Part shown: one piece after another, positions 30,569-41,230 of the stretch
How positions within the stretch are numbered: position 1 is the stretch's first letter
How the letters are laid out: the number at the start of each line of letters is the position of its first letter
DNA from: Verrucomicrobiota bacterium
Lineage (GTDB): Bacteria > Verrucomicrobiota > Verrucomicrobiia > Limisphaerales > CANJSG01
Assembly (NCBI GenBank): GCA_038209745.1
Contig: JBBQXJ010000037.1
Location: 1 to 43,889, forward strand
Direction: 5' to 3'
Length of the DNA stretch: 43,889 nucleotides
Notes under the pieces: model-generated
What the model saw: only the letters and a program-made list of their open reading frames with translations
Databases searched by the model: none
What the model was told of the DNA's origin: nothing
Program-made: the position numbers and the translations under genes

Positions 30569-32343
30569 GCCAGCCCGTCACCATTCTTCCCGTCCTCCCC
30601 GAGAATGCGCCGTTCAGCCCGGAGCAACGCGCCTACCTGAACGGTTTCCTCGCCGGACTCTATTCCTACACCACCGTGCCCGCCAGCGGGGCCACCTCGG
30701 CGCCCGCGACCAAGCCGCTCGTTCCGCTGACGATCTTGTTCGGCTCTCAAACCGGCACCGCCGCGAAGCTGGCCAAAGCCGTCTCCAAGGAAGCGTCGAA
30801 GCACGGCTTCGCCCCGACCCTCCACGACCTCGCGAAGTACCAGACCGCCCAGCTGGCCTCGGAGCCGAATCTCCTCGTCGTCGCCAGCACCTACGGCGAC
30901 GGAGAGCCGCCCGACAATGCGAAGGGGTTCTGGGATTTCCTCCGGGGCGCATCCGCTCCGAAGCTGGAACGGACGCGCTTCAGCGTGCTCTCCCTCGGCG
31001 ACTCGAACTACGCGAAGTTCTGCCAGTTCGGCAAAGACGTGGACGAGAAGCTGACCGCCCTCGGCGCCAAATGCGTCGCTCCCCGCATCGATTGCGACGC
31101 GGACTATGAGGAACCGTTCGCCAAGTGGCTCGCCACCGCCGTGCCGGCGTTGGCGCGGGCCGCCGGTTCTGCCTCCCCGGTGTCGGCCGCGACCGCATCT
31201 GACGAATCGGATCCAGCAGAACCCCGGTATTCCAGGAAGAAGCCCTTCCCCGCGAAGCTCGTCACCAATCGCAAGCTCAACGCCCCCGGCTCCGGCAAGG
31301 ATGTCCGCCATTTCGAGATCGAGCTGACCGGGTCCGACCTCGCCTACGAAGTCGGCGACGCTCTCGGCGTGCTGCCGACGAACGACCCTTTCCTGGCCGA
31401 CGAAATCGTCGCGGCCCTCGAAGCCAACGGGGACGACGCCGTCCCGGGAAAAGACGGTCGACCCGTTCCGCTGCGCGAAGCGTTGATCGGCCACTACGAC
31501 ATCGCCCGCATTCCGCAACCCTTCCTCAAGGCCCTCGCAGAACGATCCGGCGACGCCGCGCTGAACCAGTTGCTCGCGCCCGAAGCCAACGGTTCGTTGG
31601 CGAAATTTCTTTTCGGCCGTGAGGTGATCGACCTGCTCCTCGGCCATCCCACCGCCAAGTTCGGCGCGGCCGAGTTCATCGCCTTGCTGAAGAAGCTCCA
31701 GCCGCGGCTCTACTCCATTTCCTCCAGCCCCAAGGCCCATCCAGGCCAAGTCCACCTGACCGTCGGTGTCGTGCGTTACGAAACACACGGGCGCAAACGC
31801 GGCGGCGTCTGCTCGAACTTCCTCGCGGAACGCGCGGGTTCGGCACCTGTCCCGGTCTTCGTCCACGAGAACAAGGCCTTCCGCCCGCCCGCCGGCGACA
31901 AGCCGCTCATCATGTGCGGACCCGGCACCGGGATCGCCCCTTTCCGTGCCTATCTCGAAGAACGCAAAGCCACCGGCGCCAAAGGCCGCAACTGGCTCTT
32001 CTTCGGCGACCAGAAGTCCTCCACGGACTTCCTCTACGAAGAGGAGCTCAAGGCTTTCCACGAGGACGGGTTCCTCAATCGCCTCGACCTCGCCTGGTCA
32101 CGCGATCAGGCCGAGAAGGTCTACGTGCAGCAGCGGATGGTGGAGAACGCCAGGGAAGTCTTCGCCTGGTTGGAAGACGGCGCCGGTTTCTACGTCTGCG
32201 GCGACGCCAGCCGCATGGCCAAGGACGTCGATGCGGCACTCCATCAAGTCGTCGAAAAAGCCGGCGGTAAAACGTCCGAGCAAGCCGCCGGCTACATCCA
32301 GCAGCTCAAAGCCGAGAAGCGCTACCAGCGCGACGTGTATTGA
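30565..32343 (+). CDS. CysJ-like diflavin (FMN/FAD) NADPH oxidoreductase
   Basis: GSQTGTA, STYGDGEPPDN, LGDSNY, PRLYSISS, GPGTGIAPFR, YVCGDASRMAKDV, RYQRDVY. Confidence 0.94.
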   Translation: MSQPVTILPVLPENAPFSPEQRAYLNGFLAGLYSYTTVPASGATSAPATKPLVPLTILFGSQTGTAAKLAKAVSKEASKHGFAPTLHDLAKYQTAQLASEPNLLVVASTYGDGEPPDNAKGFWDFLRGASAPKLERTRFSVLSLGDSNYAKFCQFGKDVDEKLTALGAKCVAPRIDCDADYEEPFAKWLATAVPALARAAGSASPVSAATASDESDPAEPRYSRKKPFPAKLVTNRKLNAPGSGKDVRHFEIELTGSDLAYEVGDALGVLPTNDPFLADEIVAALEANGDDAVPGKDGRPVPLREALIGHYDIARIPQPFLKALAERSGDAALNQLLAPEANGSLAKFLFGREVIDLLLGHPTAKFGAAEFIALLKKLQPRLYSISSSPKAHPGQVHLTVGVVRYETHGRKRGGVCSNFLAERAGSAPVPVFVHENKAFRPPAGDKPLIMCGPGTGIAPFRAYLEERKATGAKGRNWLFFGDQKSSTDFLYEEELKAFHEDGFLNRLDLAWSRDQAEKVYVQQRMVENAREVFAWLEDGAGFYVCGDASRMAKDVDAALHQVVEKAGGKTSEQAAGYIQQLKAEKRYQRDVY

Positions 32344-32377
32344 GCCGGCCCAGCCGCAAGCCTCCATGCCGGATCTT

Positions 32378-35300
32378 CTATGGCGTGACCTTGATCCGGT
32401 AGAACCGTTTCGGTTGGCGACCATCGATCGGATCGGAGAACAGGAACGAATCCGAAGGCGCGAAGAAATTCGTGAGCGTCAGCCATGCCGGGTCGGCCAA
32501 GTCTTCCTTGTAGAGGATCGCATACTGCCAGCCCGGCTGGGTCGCGAAACCGAACTCCAGGGCAGATCGTTGGTTCACGATCGGCCCGGCCAATCGCAAC
32601 GGACTGATGATTGTGCCGGGCGAACCCACGTCGCCGTTGACCGCCGCCGCAAAGGCCCCGTCCCGGCCCACCGCGCTCGGACCACCGAACAGCTTTGTTC
32701 CCGGATCGTAGCGGAAGGTCACTCCGCGCGTGGCCAAACCAAACGTCACACTGGCGACGGTGTCGGTCACAGACGTGGCCGCCGCGTTCCACAGATAAAT
32801 CGCGTCGCGGTCGGCGCCGAAGCCAACGTTGGAATACGCCAGGATCTTCAGTTGTGGCGGCATCTTCGCCGAGCCCCACCAAGCGACGAACTGGGCCGGC
32901 GTCATCTCCTGCACCAGCACGACGGATTCGCCGGGCGCAATGATCACGGAGTTGGTGAGGGTCTGGGCGTTGGTCAGGGAGCCATGGTCGTCGTCGAAGC
33001 GGAAACCCTGGAGGTTGACCGGGAAGTCCCCGAGGTTGGTCATTTCCCACCAGTCCTGGTGATCGAGGGTCGAGTCGGCCGAACCTTTGGACTCGCTGGA
33101 CTGCACCTCGGTGATCGCAAGCACGGGACGCGGCGTGACGTTCAAAACGAAGGAGGTCTCGGCGCCGCCCACCCCGTTGGTCGCAGTCAGCGTGTAGGTG
33201 CCTGATTGCCCCGCTTGGGTGATGGGAAGCGTGAGCGCCGCGTTGGTTTGGCCCGGTAGAACGTCGCCGTTGAACTTCCACAGATAGGTCGGCTCCGGGC
33301 TTCCAGTGACCGAAAAGGCGAAGGTCGGTGTCTGGCCTACGTAGGCATCCAGTCCACGAAGGCCAGTCGAAATCGCGGGCGGGACGGCTTCGAAGAAGGT
33401 TGCCGCCATCGGACCGGACCACGGACTGGAGAGCGGCGGATTGTTCGCCCCGGTCAGATTGCGATGGGAGGGATCGAGAACCCGCGCCCGGACGCTCAAG
33501 CCCGGAGAAAGCTGAATGGGCCCGGCATAGGCGATCGCCTGGGAAGAGACACCGCCACCGGAGGCCCGAGGATCGGAGCCGTCCCGGGTGAAGTAGATCG
33601 TGCCGGATTCGGGAGATTCCAAGGACAACAGGGTTCCGGGAAGATAGCCGCCACCGTTGTGGCCGAAGACGGGTCGGGCCACGAAGTTCGTGTCCATGAA
33701 GCGCAACCGGTCGGCATACCACTTCTTGAGGAAGTTGACCTCTCCCTGATAGGTGCCGTTGAAAGAGTAGGCGTAGCCGTCGATGGAAACGCTTCCAGAA
33801 CGCGGTCGGGTCAGCCCCGACCAACGGGCGACCTCGCGCGGCTGCTGTCGGCGCACCTGGCCCGCGAGGGCGTCGATGCGCGTGAAGATGTTGTTCGTGG
33901 AGAGAACGTCGGCGCGCAGTTGCTGATAGCGGTCGATCCATGCCTGCCAGAACTCGAGGTCGGTGAACATCCGGCCCCACCAGGTGAAGTTGAAGAAGTC
34001 GGTTCCTCGGTCTCCCTGGGTGGAGCGCCATCGGCGGGGATTGAAGTCGCGGCCGTCGGTCGAACCCTGGGTGCGATCAAAGTCCCAGATGGGACCGAAC
34101 TCGAGCAACCCGCCTCGGTCCTTGTGGAAATAGGCGCTGAGCCGGAGCGCGTCCACATTGAAGGCCGTGACGTTGAGGATGTGGGAATCGATCCATGACG
34201 GGGCGTCCACGTAGGCGCGGAAGCCGTTGGTCGGATTCGCATAGCCGGCGCCGTTCAGTGCCGATCCAAACGCGTTCATGAAGGTCTGGAGATACTGCTT
34301 TTGGGGCGCACGCTGCGGCGTCTTGATCTCGGTCTCGTCGGGATAGTCGTGGACGATCTGCTGCCCCGCCGCCCCGAAGCCGGATTCTCCCGGACCGAAC
34401 CGGTCGATCTTCATCATATAACCCCCGGTGACGTTCGGGACGGAATTGTCGAGCGGATGCAGCTTGTCGACCGAACGGATCTTGGTGACGGGCACGCGGT
34501 CCTTGCCCCACTTGATCTTTTCTTCGAGGACGTAGATGCCGACGTAGTTGGCGGCCGTGAGCGGTCCGCCGGTCGTGTTCAAATAGACCTCCACGAAACG
34601 GGTGCGGGGCGCATAGCGGCCGATCGCGTTGCTCAAATCGCAGATCAAAGGATTGTGCAGCAGGACGGGATCGAAGTTGTTGGGCGCGTAGAGCACCCAA
34701 TCCGAATCCGCCGGCAGTCCCAAAGGCGAAAGGTCGGAGTCGTTGTCCAGTTCGTCCCGGAACTCGACGCTGTAGGCGTGCTTGGAGATCCCCAGGGTCG
34801 AGGAGCCGCGCAGGTGGATGCCGGCGCGAGTGCTGAAGGTGGCCGCATTGGTCAGCCGGGTCAGGCCGTCCCCCGGTTCGTAGAAGGCGAGATCGACCCT
34901 CTGGAAATCGTCGACCGGCACATCACCGGCACCGTGGTTGTAGAGCACGATCGCGGGAAGATCCGAGGTCACCGCTTCAAGCCCCGGGCCGAGCTGAAGA
35001 TACGTCTCGCTGCGCAGTGCGCCGGGCCTGAGCCCCGACAAAAACGCCCGGGCCCGCACCTGGAGGGAACCCGTCACAGGAATGGCCGCCATATATTCCG
35101 GGGAATCTTCGTCGGGGGAATCCCCGTCCAAGGTGTAGCGGATCACCGCATTCGAGGCGGCCGATAGCTCCAGATCGAAGCGGGCGACGAAGGCGCCTCC
35201 GGAACGCGAGAAGACCACGCCCGGTGCGGCGCCGGCACCGCCCATTGTGTTGGGATCTCCGGGGGTCGACGTCGGGAACGGGCCGACATCGTCGGCCAAA

Positions 35301-36280
35301 AGCATGTCCCGGCCGTAGGAGACATCCGGCGTCTGCGGCGGGTAGGCCGCGAAGGAGGAAACGACGCTCCCGGACGGATCGACCAAAGCCAGAAAGCCGC
35401 CACCCGAAGGCAGCTTGAAGTTCGTATGCAATTCGGCGGTCGACGAATTCCGGTTCTTGCCCGAGGCGAACACCACGACGAAATCATGGGCGGGAAGAAC
35501 GATGTTCGGAAAGACCCACTGGCGGAGATTGTTCGTGTCGCTGGTCAACGCCCAACCCGAAAGGCCGACGGCGTTGTCCGTCGGGTTATGGAGCTCGATC
35601 CAGCCCGGGGCATCGCCGTCCACGTCCACCACCGTGGTCTGGTTGGTGGCCATGAACTCGCTAATCCCGATGCGCGACCAGACGGAACTGGGCGGCGCGG
35701 AAAGATCGGCCCAGATGAGGAAGTCGCTGCTGCCGCCCAATGAGGAGTTGAACGCCTGGATGGCCAGGACATTGGTGCCCGTCCGCAGAAGCTTTTCGGG
35801 ATTCTCCAGGAGGATTTCATGCACCGGGACAGGTTCGCCCAAAGCGGGCAACGCGGTGCCGTCAAAGGCGACGGCGCCGGCCGGCATGTTGAACCGCGTG
35901 ATCTCGACGCCGTTGATCCACGCGATGAAGCCGTCGTCGCCCATGGCCTTGAACTGGAGCCGGGCTATTTCGGCGACGTTCGAGACGAAGAACTTTGCCC
36001 GGAGGAAGACGCAGGCATAGCCGCCATCCATGTCAGGCAGATCAGTATTGCCGGTGTAGTCCGTGGCGCTCCCGGGGCTGCTTTCGTAGTAGAAAGGGGC
36101 CTGCCCGGCGGACCAGGAAGCGTCTTCGAAGCCAGCTTCGCGCCATGCGGTGGGATCGGGGGAGGAAGCCTCGGTTTCGCCCTTGAAGTATTTCCAGACG
36201 GAATCGCCCGGGATAATTGGGGCCGCACCCGTCGAAAAGACGGCACTCCAGAGGAACAAAATGCACAGGAGTCGGGTCAT
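32378..36280 (-). CDS. Secreted multidomain CotH-kinase family protein (lamin-tail, Fn3-associated and Ig domains)
   Basis: Signal peptide, ISEFMATN..WIELHN, IRYTLDG, LRGSST, GPIWDFD, YFTRDGSDPR, C-terminal RFYR. Confidence 0.88.
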   Translation of the reverse strand: MTRLLCILFLWSAVFSTGAAPIIPGDSVWKYFKGETEASSPDPTAWREAGFEDASWSAGQAPFYYESSPGSATDYTGNTDLPDMDGGYACVFLRAKFFVSNVAEIARLQFKAMGDDGFIAWINGVEITRFNMPAGAVAFDGTALPALGEPVPVHEILLENPEKLLRTGTNVLAIQAFNSSLGGSSDFLIWADLSAPPSSVWSRIGISEFMATNQTTVVDVDGDAPGWIELHNPTDNAVGLSGWALTSDTNNLRQWVFPNIVLPAHDFVVVFASGKNRNSSTAELHTNFKLPSGGGFLALVDPSGSVVSSFAAYPPQTPDVSYGRDMLLADDVGPFPTSTPGDPNTMGGAGAAPGVVFSRSGGAFVARFDLELSAASNAVIRYTLDGDSPDEDSPEYMAAIPVTGSLQVRARAFLSGLRPGALRSETYLQLGPGLEAVTSDLPAIVLYNHGAGDVPVDDFQRVDLAFYEPGDGLTRLTNAATFSTRAGIHLRGSSTLGISKHAYSVEFRDELDNDSDLSPLGLPADSDWVLYAPNNFDPVLLHNPLICDLSNAIGRYAPRTRFVEVYLNTTGGPLTAANYVGIYVLEEKIKWGKDRVPVTKIRSVDKLHPLDNSVPNVTGGYMMKIDRFGPGESGFGAAGQQIVHDYPDETEIKTPQRAPQKQYLQTFMNAFGSALNGAGYANPTNGFRAYVDAPSWIDSHILNVTAFNVDALRLSAYFHKDRGGLLEFGPIWDFDRTQGSTDGRDFNPRRWRSTQGDRGTDFFNFTWWGRMFTDLEFWQAWIDRYQQLRADVLSTNNIFTRIDALAGQVRRQQPREVARWSGLTRPRSGSVSIDGYAYSFNGTYQGEVNFLKKWYADRLRFMDTNFVARPVFGHNGGGYLPGTLLSLESPESGTIYFTRDGSDPRASGGGVSSQAIAYAGPIQLSPGLSVRARVLDPSHRNLTGANNPPLSSPWSGPMAATFFEAVPPAISTGLRGLDAYVGQTPTFAFSVTGSPEPTYLWKFNGDVLPGQTNAALTLPITQAGQSGTYTLTATNGVGGAETSFVLNVTPRPVLAITEVQSSESKGSADSTLDHQDWWEMTNLGDFPVNLQGFRFDDDHGSLTNAQTLTNSVIIAPGESVVLVQEMTPAQFVAWWGSAKMPPQLKILAYSNVGFGADRDAIYLWNAAATSVTDTVASVTFGLATRGVTFRYDPGTKLFGGPSAVGRDGAFAAAVNGDVGSPGTIISPLRLAGPIVNQRSALEFGFATQPGWQYAILYKEDLADPAWLTLTNFFAPSDSFLFSDPIDGRQPKRFYRIKVTP

Positions 36281-36405
36281 GGCTGATCGGGTTCCATGAC
36301 AGTAACAATCGAGTTTCAGGCGGCAAGGCGGAACGGTCCATGCTGTCCCCACTTGCGCGAGGTTGCCTTTGAAGGAACCGCTGATTTGGTCGCACCGGCG
36401 GGACA

Positions 36406-36429
36406 GCCAGGTTGAGGATCCGGCCTACA
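36406..36429 (-). repeat. Degenerate GTAG-type REP
   Basis: Minus strand reads TGTAGGCCGGATCCTCAACCTGGC; shares GTAGGCCGG with the nirA palindrome. Confidence 0.45.
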
Positions 36430-36466
36430 GGCCGAGGCCTCCGACCGGCGCCTTTTCGGCCGGCTG

Positions 36467-38405
36467 TCAGCGATCCGGGCGCGTGGTTCCTTCGCCGATG
36501 TGATCCATCAGCTCGCCCCAATCCTGACCACCAAGCCGGCGCAATTTGAGGAAGACGAGCGCCACGACGATCGAGAGAAGGGGCAGCACCAGAACGCTGC
36601 TCAAGGCGCTCAATTCCGAGACCGTTTTCGTGACGAGCGTCCGATGTTCGCTCGAGCCGATCGGGAGCAACTTACCGATCACGAACGCCACGAGATTGGG
36701 AACGGCGAATTGAAACAGCACGGCCATGATGGTGATTCGCCAGGAACGCGTGGCCAGTTCACGCGACCTTCGGAGGGCAGCGCCCTTCTGGAACCCCTCC
36801 ATCAGCACCACCGGAGCCCAAAGCGAATAGCGCACGGTCAAGACCAGGCCCGGAACCACGAGAAGCACAAGCCCGAGTAAAATCCAAACGGACGCGAGCA
36901 GCCCCGTCGCGAAAAAAGGCCACCAATTCCGCCGCAACACTTCAACGGCCGACCGGACGCTGACCGGCTGCAGCGGCGCGGCGGCAAGTCTCGTCACAAT
37001 GATCGCGACCAAACCGGCGATGGTCGAACTCGTGACGAACGTCGCGGCGATTTTCAAGGTTCCAAATGAAAGCCCGACAAAAAGCGGGACCGGCTTTCCC
37101 GCTTCCGGTCCCGCCCAGGTCAACGAGATCGTCAACGCTGCCACGAGGATCACGGGGATATGGGCCAACAGCGACACCTTGATGATTTCCGGAAAATACT
37201 CGCTGTAGATTGCGAAAGCGCGCCGATAGAGAGCTCCCAAGCCTTCCGTCCGGGCCCGGAGCAGATGACCGAAAGCGATTCCGCTCTCCGGTCTTCGGCT
37301 CGGATCCTTGTGGAGAGCGGACAGGATCAGCCGCGATACGGCCGAGGGAACTTTCAAGCCACGTTCCACCAGGCTCGGCGGTTCCTTATCCTGATGCGCC
37401 CGGAGGACGGCCACGGCCGTTCCCTCGAACGGCGGCGTCCCCGAAAGCATTTGGTAGGCGATGACGCCCAAACTATAGATGTCGGAGCGGGCGTCCGCCT
37501 CTTCGCCGCGGCATTGTTCGGGCGACATGTAGGCCGGGGTTCCCAGAATGGCCCCGGCCTGGGTCAGGGCACGGGACGCAGGGATTGCCGGGGAGATTTT
37601 TAGATTCTGATCCGCAACCGTCCCGCTGGCGGTCGCCGGGTTGGTTGGGGCTGCGCCAACCTGCGGCTCCTCTTCGTCGACCAATTTCGCGATCCCGAAG
37701 TCCAGCACCTTCACGCGATAGCCGCCGAGCGGATTGGGTTCGAGCCAGATATTCGCCGGTTTGAGATCCCGATGAACGATTCCGCGTTGGTGGGCCCGCG
37801 TGGACGGCGGAGCACACCTGTTCGAGGATCTCCGCAACCCAGGGAACGGGGAGCCGCCGCTGTTCCGCCAAGACGTCGCCCAGGGTCCGGCCATCCAGAA
37901 ACTCCATCACCAGATAGGCTATCGGGTCGCCCGCCAGGTTGGAGATGCCAAAGTCGGTGACATCGACAATGTTCGGATGCCGCAATCGACCGGCCGCCCG
38001 AGCCTCGCGTTTGAACCGCTCCACGAATTCAGGCCTGCGCATGAATTCCGGAAGAATCAGCTTCACCGCCACTTGCCGCTCCGTTCCCAGGTGGGTGCTG
38101 AGATACACGCGCCCCATTCCGCCGCTTCCGAGGAGCGTTTCCAGCCGGTATTTCTGGTCGAGAGTCTGGCCGAGGTAGGGGTCGAAATTCGCGGCCTCCG
38201 GCACCAAATCGGTCGGCTCAATGCGGATCGTCTTCGCTGCCGGGATCCGCCCGACGTTTTGCCGGTTGTCCAGAAGACTTTCCACTTCGCGACGAATGGG
38301 CGCGTCCGGACAGGAGCAATCGAGGAATTCCGTCCGTTCGGCGTCGGTTGGGCAGGCCAACGCGCCTCTGACAATTGCTTCTAGTTTTTTTTGATGGTCA
38401 GTCAC
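36467..38405 (-). pseudogene. Hanks-type Ser/Thr kinase with C-terminal membrane domain, split by a +1 frameshift near 37796
   Basis: LGSGGMGRVY, VAVK and HPNIV in one frame; HRDLKPAN, DFG, GTPAYMSPEQ and DIYSLG in another; removing one G restores AVHAAHQRGIVHRD. Confidence 0.88.
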
Positions 38406-38948
38406 GCCTGCTTACTGTTCCAACCAATGGCACAGATGCTTCCCACACCGGGCAATTGCGGTCGATGTCTTTTCAGTGTTCCTAAGAGGCAAGCGGATGC
38501 GCGGGGCTGTCTTGGGCTGTTTTCGATCCAAAAAAGATCCGTTCGTTCAGGGCGCAAGGGAACTCCTCAATTAGACGACTTCAAATGGGGGGCGCTGACG
38601 GCTGGGAACTGAGAGGGGAGACTCCGGGGAGCATGGAACAGCAGGGGAGTTTCGCGGAGGCCAGGTTCTTGGCGAAGAAGAGGACCGCGCGGCCGATGCC
38701 AACCCGCGTTCGGCCCCCATCCAACGGGTCAGGCCTACAAAGGCCGCCGCCCGTGCCGGCCTCGAAAGCCCCGTTGCCACCATCCAGCCTTTGCCTTTTG
38801 AGCCGCCGGCCTCCAGAGAATTAAGGCCACCCACCTATCACGCCTTTGTTCAGTCGTTCCCTAACGGAGATGCAAGGGCGCCGAGGATTTCAATCGACTC
38901 ACCGTCGAGAAACGCCAACGCCACGGCCGGTCTCGGACAGCGCGGGAT

Positions 38949-39977
38949 TCAACCCATCTTCGCCGTCAGTTCCGCAACCTGCTTTTCCAGCTCCCGCAAG
39001 CGCTTGAACATGTCGGGAAGCTGCTGAGCCGCGATCCATTGGCGCTTGGTCTGCTTGTCGGGCTGGGCGGGAATGCCGAGCACGACGCCTTTATCCGGAA
39101 TGTCGCGCATGACCCCGGACTTCGCGCCGACGGTGGCCTGGTTGCCGAGCGTGAGATGCCCGGCGATGCCAGACTGGGCGGCGATCACGCAGTAGGCGCC
39201 AAGCTTGGTGCTGCCGGCGAAACCGACCTGGCCCAGAACCAGGCAATGAGGACCGATGACGACGTTGTGGGCGACGTGGACGAGGTTGTCGATCTTGGTG
39301 CCGGGTCCGATGACGGTGGAACCGAGCGCCCCTCGATCGATCGCCGTATTGGCCCCGATCTCGACGTCGTCGCCGATAACCACGTTGCCGATCTGCTCGA
39401 TCTTGAGATGGCGGCCCTGGTCGAAGACGTAACCATACCCGTCGGAGCCGATGACCGTTCCGGCGTGGATCCGGACGCGGCTTCCAATCTGAGTGCCCTG
39501 ATAGAGAACGACGTTTGGGAAAAGGCGGACGTCGTCGCCGAGCCGGCTTCCCTGTCCGACGTGGTTGCCTCCCATCAACACGGAACGGGCGCCGATCTTC
39601 ACCCCTGCGCCAACCAGGCATCCCGGCCCAATGTGGGCGGAAGGGTCCACCTCGGCCGAAGGATCGACGGTCGCGGCGCGATCGATCCCGGCGGCTGGTT
39701 TGTCCAAGGGGTAGAACAACGGCAACAGCCTGGCCACGGCGAGACGCGGATTGGGCACGCGGATGAGAACCTTCGTGGCGGAAGAGAACGAACCGGACAC
39801 GAGGACCGCCGTGGCCGCACTGGCCTCTGCGGCGGCGAAGTAGCTCTCCTTTTCGGCGAACGTCAGATCCCCGGAGCGCGCGGCGTCTGCGGGCGCGATG
39901 CCGCGGATCACGACCGAGCCGTCACCGATGACTTCGCCGTGGAGTTGCTCTGCAATCTGGGCAGCCGTGTAGGACAT
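38949..39977 (-). CDS. lpxD: UDP-3-O-acylglucosamine N-acyltransferase (copy 2)
   Basis: [30 protein letters not shown], hexapeptide repeats. Confidence 0.94.
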   Translation of the reverse strand: MSYTAAQIAEQLHGEVIGDGSVVIRGIAPADAARSGDLTFAEKESYFAAAEASAATAVLVSGSFSSATKVLIRVPNPRLAVARLLPLFYPLDKPAAGIDRAATVDPSAEVDPSAHIGPGCLVGAGVKIGARSVLMGGNHVGQGSRLGDDVRLFPNVVLYQGTQIGSRVRIHAGTVIGSDGYGYVFDQGRHLKIEQIGNVVIGDDVEIGANTAIDRGALGSTVIGPGTKIDNLVHVAHNVVIGPHCLVLGQVGFAGSTKLGAYCVIAAQSGIAGHLTLGNQATVGAKSGVMRDIPDKGVVLGIPAQPDKQTKRQWIAAQQLPDMFKRLRELEKQVAELTAKMG

Positions 39978-40082
39978 GGAGAAGAGTCGTTGTTCTCCGG
40001 CGGCACCAAGGGTTCAAAAAGCCGACGGCCGATTGTTTTCGATGGATTCTGGAATGCCGCGTGTGTCGCCCGGGGTCGCCCG

Positions 40083-41063
40083 TCAAACGGCCGAAAGGCC
40101 AACCATCTGCTGCTTCTCGACGTCCCAGACTTTCAATCGCAGGCAACGGAAAACGTCGACGGGACGCAACGTGGTCACCTTGGGGGCCTGGAGTTCGGGC
40201 ATTTTCCGCAGCACTTCCGGCAGCCGATAGAACGGGATCTTCGCGTTGAGATGATGGATGTGGTGGTAGCCGATGTTGCCGCTGAACCAAGCCATGATCC
40301 GGCTCATCCGCATGTAGCTCGAAGATTCGAGCGCGGCTTTTTCATAGGTCCAACCGGCCTTGTCGGCAAACGACACGCCCGGGAAATTGTGCTGGGCGTA
40401 GAAGAGATACGAACCGATGGCGTAGGCGATGAAATGGGGGATCAACTGGGCAAACACCAACGCCTGCCATCCTCCGACAATCAACAGCACGCTGGAGATG
40501 CAGAGGTGCAGAATGAACGCAACCAAGCAATCGAAATGGTGTTTCGGATCGTTGATGAATGGATTCAGGCACATTCCGAAGAGGAACATGAAGACATAGC
40601 CGAAGAGAATGGTCAGCGGATGCCGGATGAAGAGGTAGAGGCGGCGGTCGCGCGGGCTGCTCTTCAGGAACTGGTCTTTCGTCATGATCGGAAACGACCC
40701 GATATGCGATCCGCGAAGCTTGGAATTATGGTTGTGGTGATGGTTGTGCGAACTCCGCCATACACTGCTGGGGCTGAGGGCCAGAATCCCGAAGCCCCGC
40801 ATCAAGCCCTCGGCCAGACGCGACTTGGGCAGAATGGCGTGGTGCTGCTGATCGTGGTAGATGACGAAAAGTCGAAGGATCAGAAGGCCTTCGAGGATGC
40901 TGCACCCCACGGTGACGGCGGGATGGATGTTCCAGAGCGTCCCGAAGATCGCGGCCCCGAGAAGGAAAGTGGTCGACAAAATGCACCACCAACTCCGGCC
41001 CGAGTGATCTTTCGCAAACGGCTTGGTGGCCAAGATCAACTCTTGTCCCGATTTGGGCATCAT
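40083..41063 (-). CDS. Membrane fatty acid desaturase
   Basis: Three His boxes HDQQH, HNHHH and HHIHH; TM helices; start could lie anywhere from 41060 to 41087. Confidence 0.92.
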   Translation of the reverse strand: MMPKSGQELILATKPFAKDHSGRSWWCILSTTFLLGAAIFGTLWNIHPAVTVGCSILEGLLILRLFVIYHDQQHHAILPKSRLAEGLMRGFGILALSPSSVWRSSHNHHHNHNSKLRGSHIGSFPIMTKDQFLKSSPRDRRLYLFIRHPLTILFGYVFMFLFGMCLNPFINDPKHHFDCLVAFILHLCISSVLLIVGGWQALVFAQLIPHFIAYAIGSYLFYAQHNFPGVSFADKAGWTYEKAALESSSYMRMSRIMAWFSGNIGYHHIHHLNAKIPFYRLPEVLRKMPELQAPKVTTLRPVDVFRCLRLKVWDVEKQQMVGLSAV

Positions 41064-41230
41064 CACATTAGGTCTGGAGCTCATCACATCACGCCTCCAC
41101 GGCGATCGGGCCTTTCATCATCGGGTTGAGACTGGGTGCTTTCAACAGGGATACAGAATAGCACAAAATCTGGTGCAATAGTAACGAAGATTTCTAGCGC
41201 TGGAGTGGCCTTTGAAAAGCCAATTCCGAG

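Noticed and set aside
28435..32343. Sulfite reductase cysIJ
   Set aside because: No cysH/cysD/cysN nearby and the genes are embedded in the nitrate operon; substrate is not proven from sequence
38406..38948. Short ORFs between the kinase and lpxD2
   Set aside because: No motifs and inconsistent frames; cannot support a call
39039..41129. 696-aa plus-strand ORF
   Set aside because: Antisense shadow of lpxD2 and the desaturase
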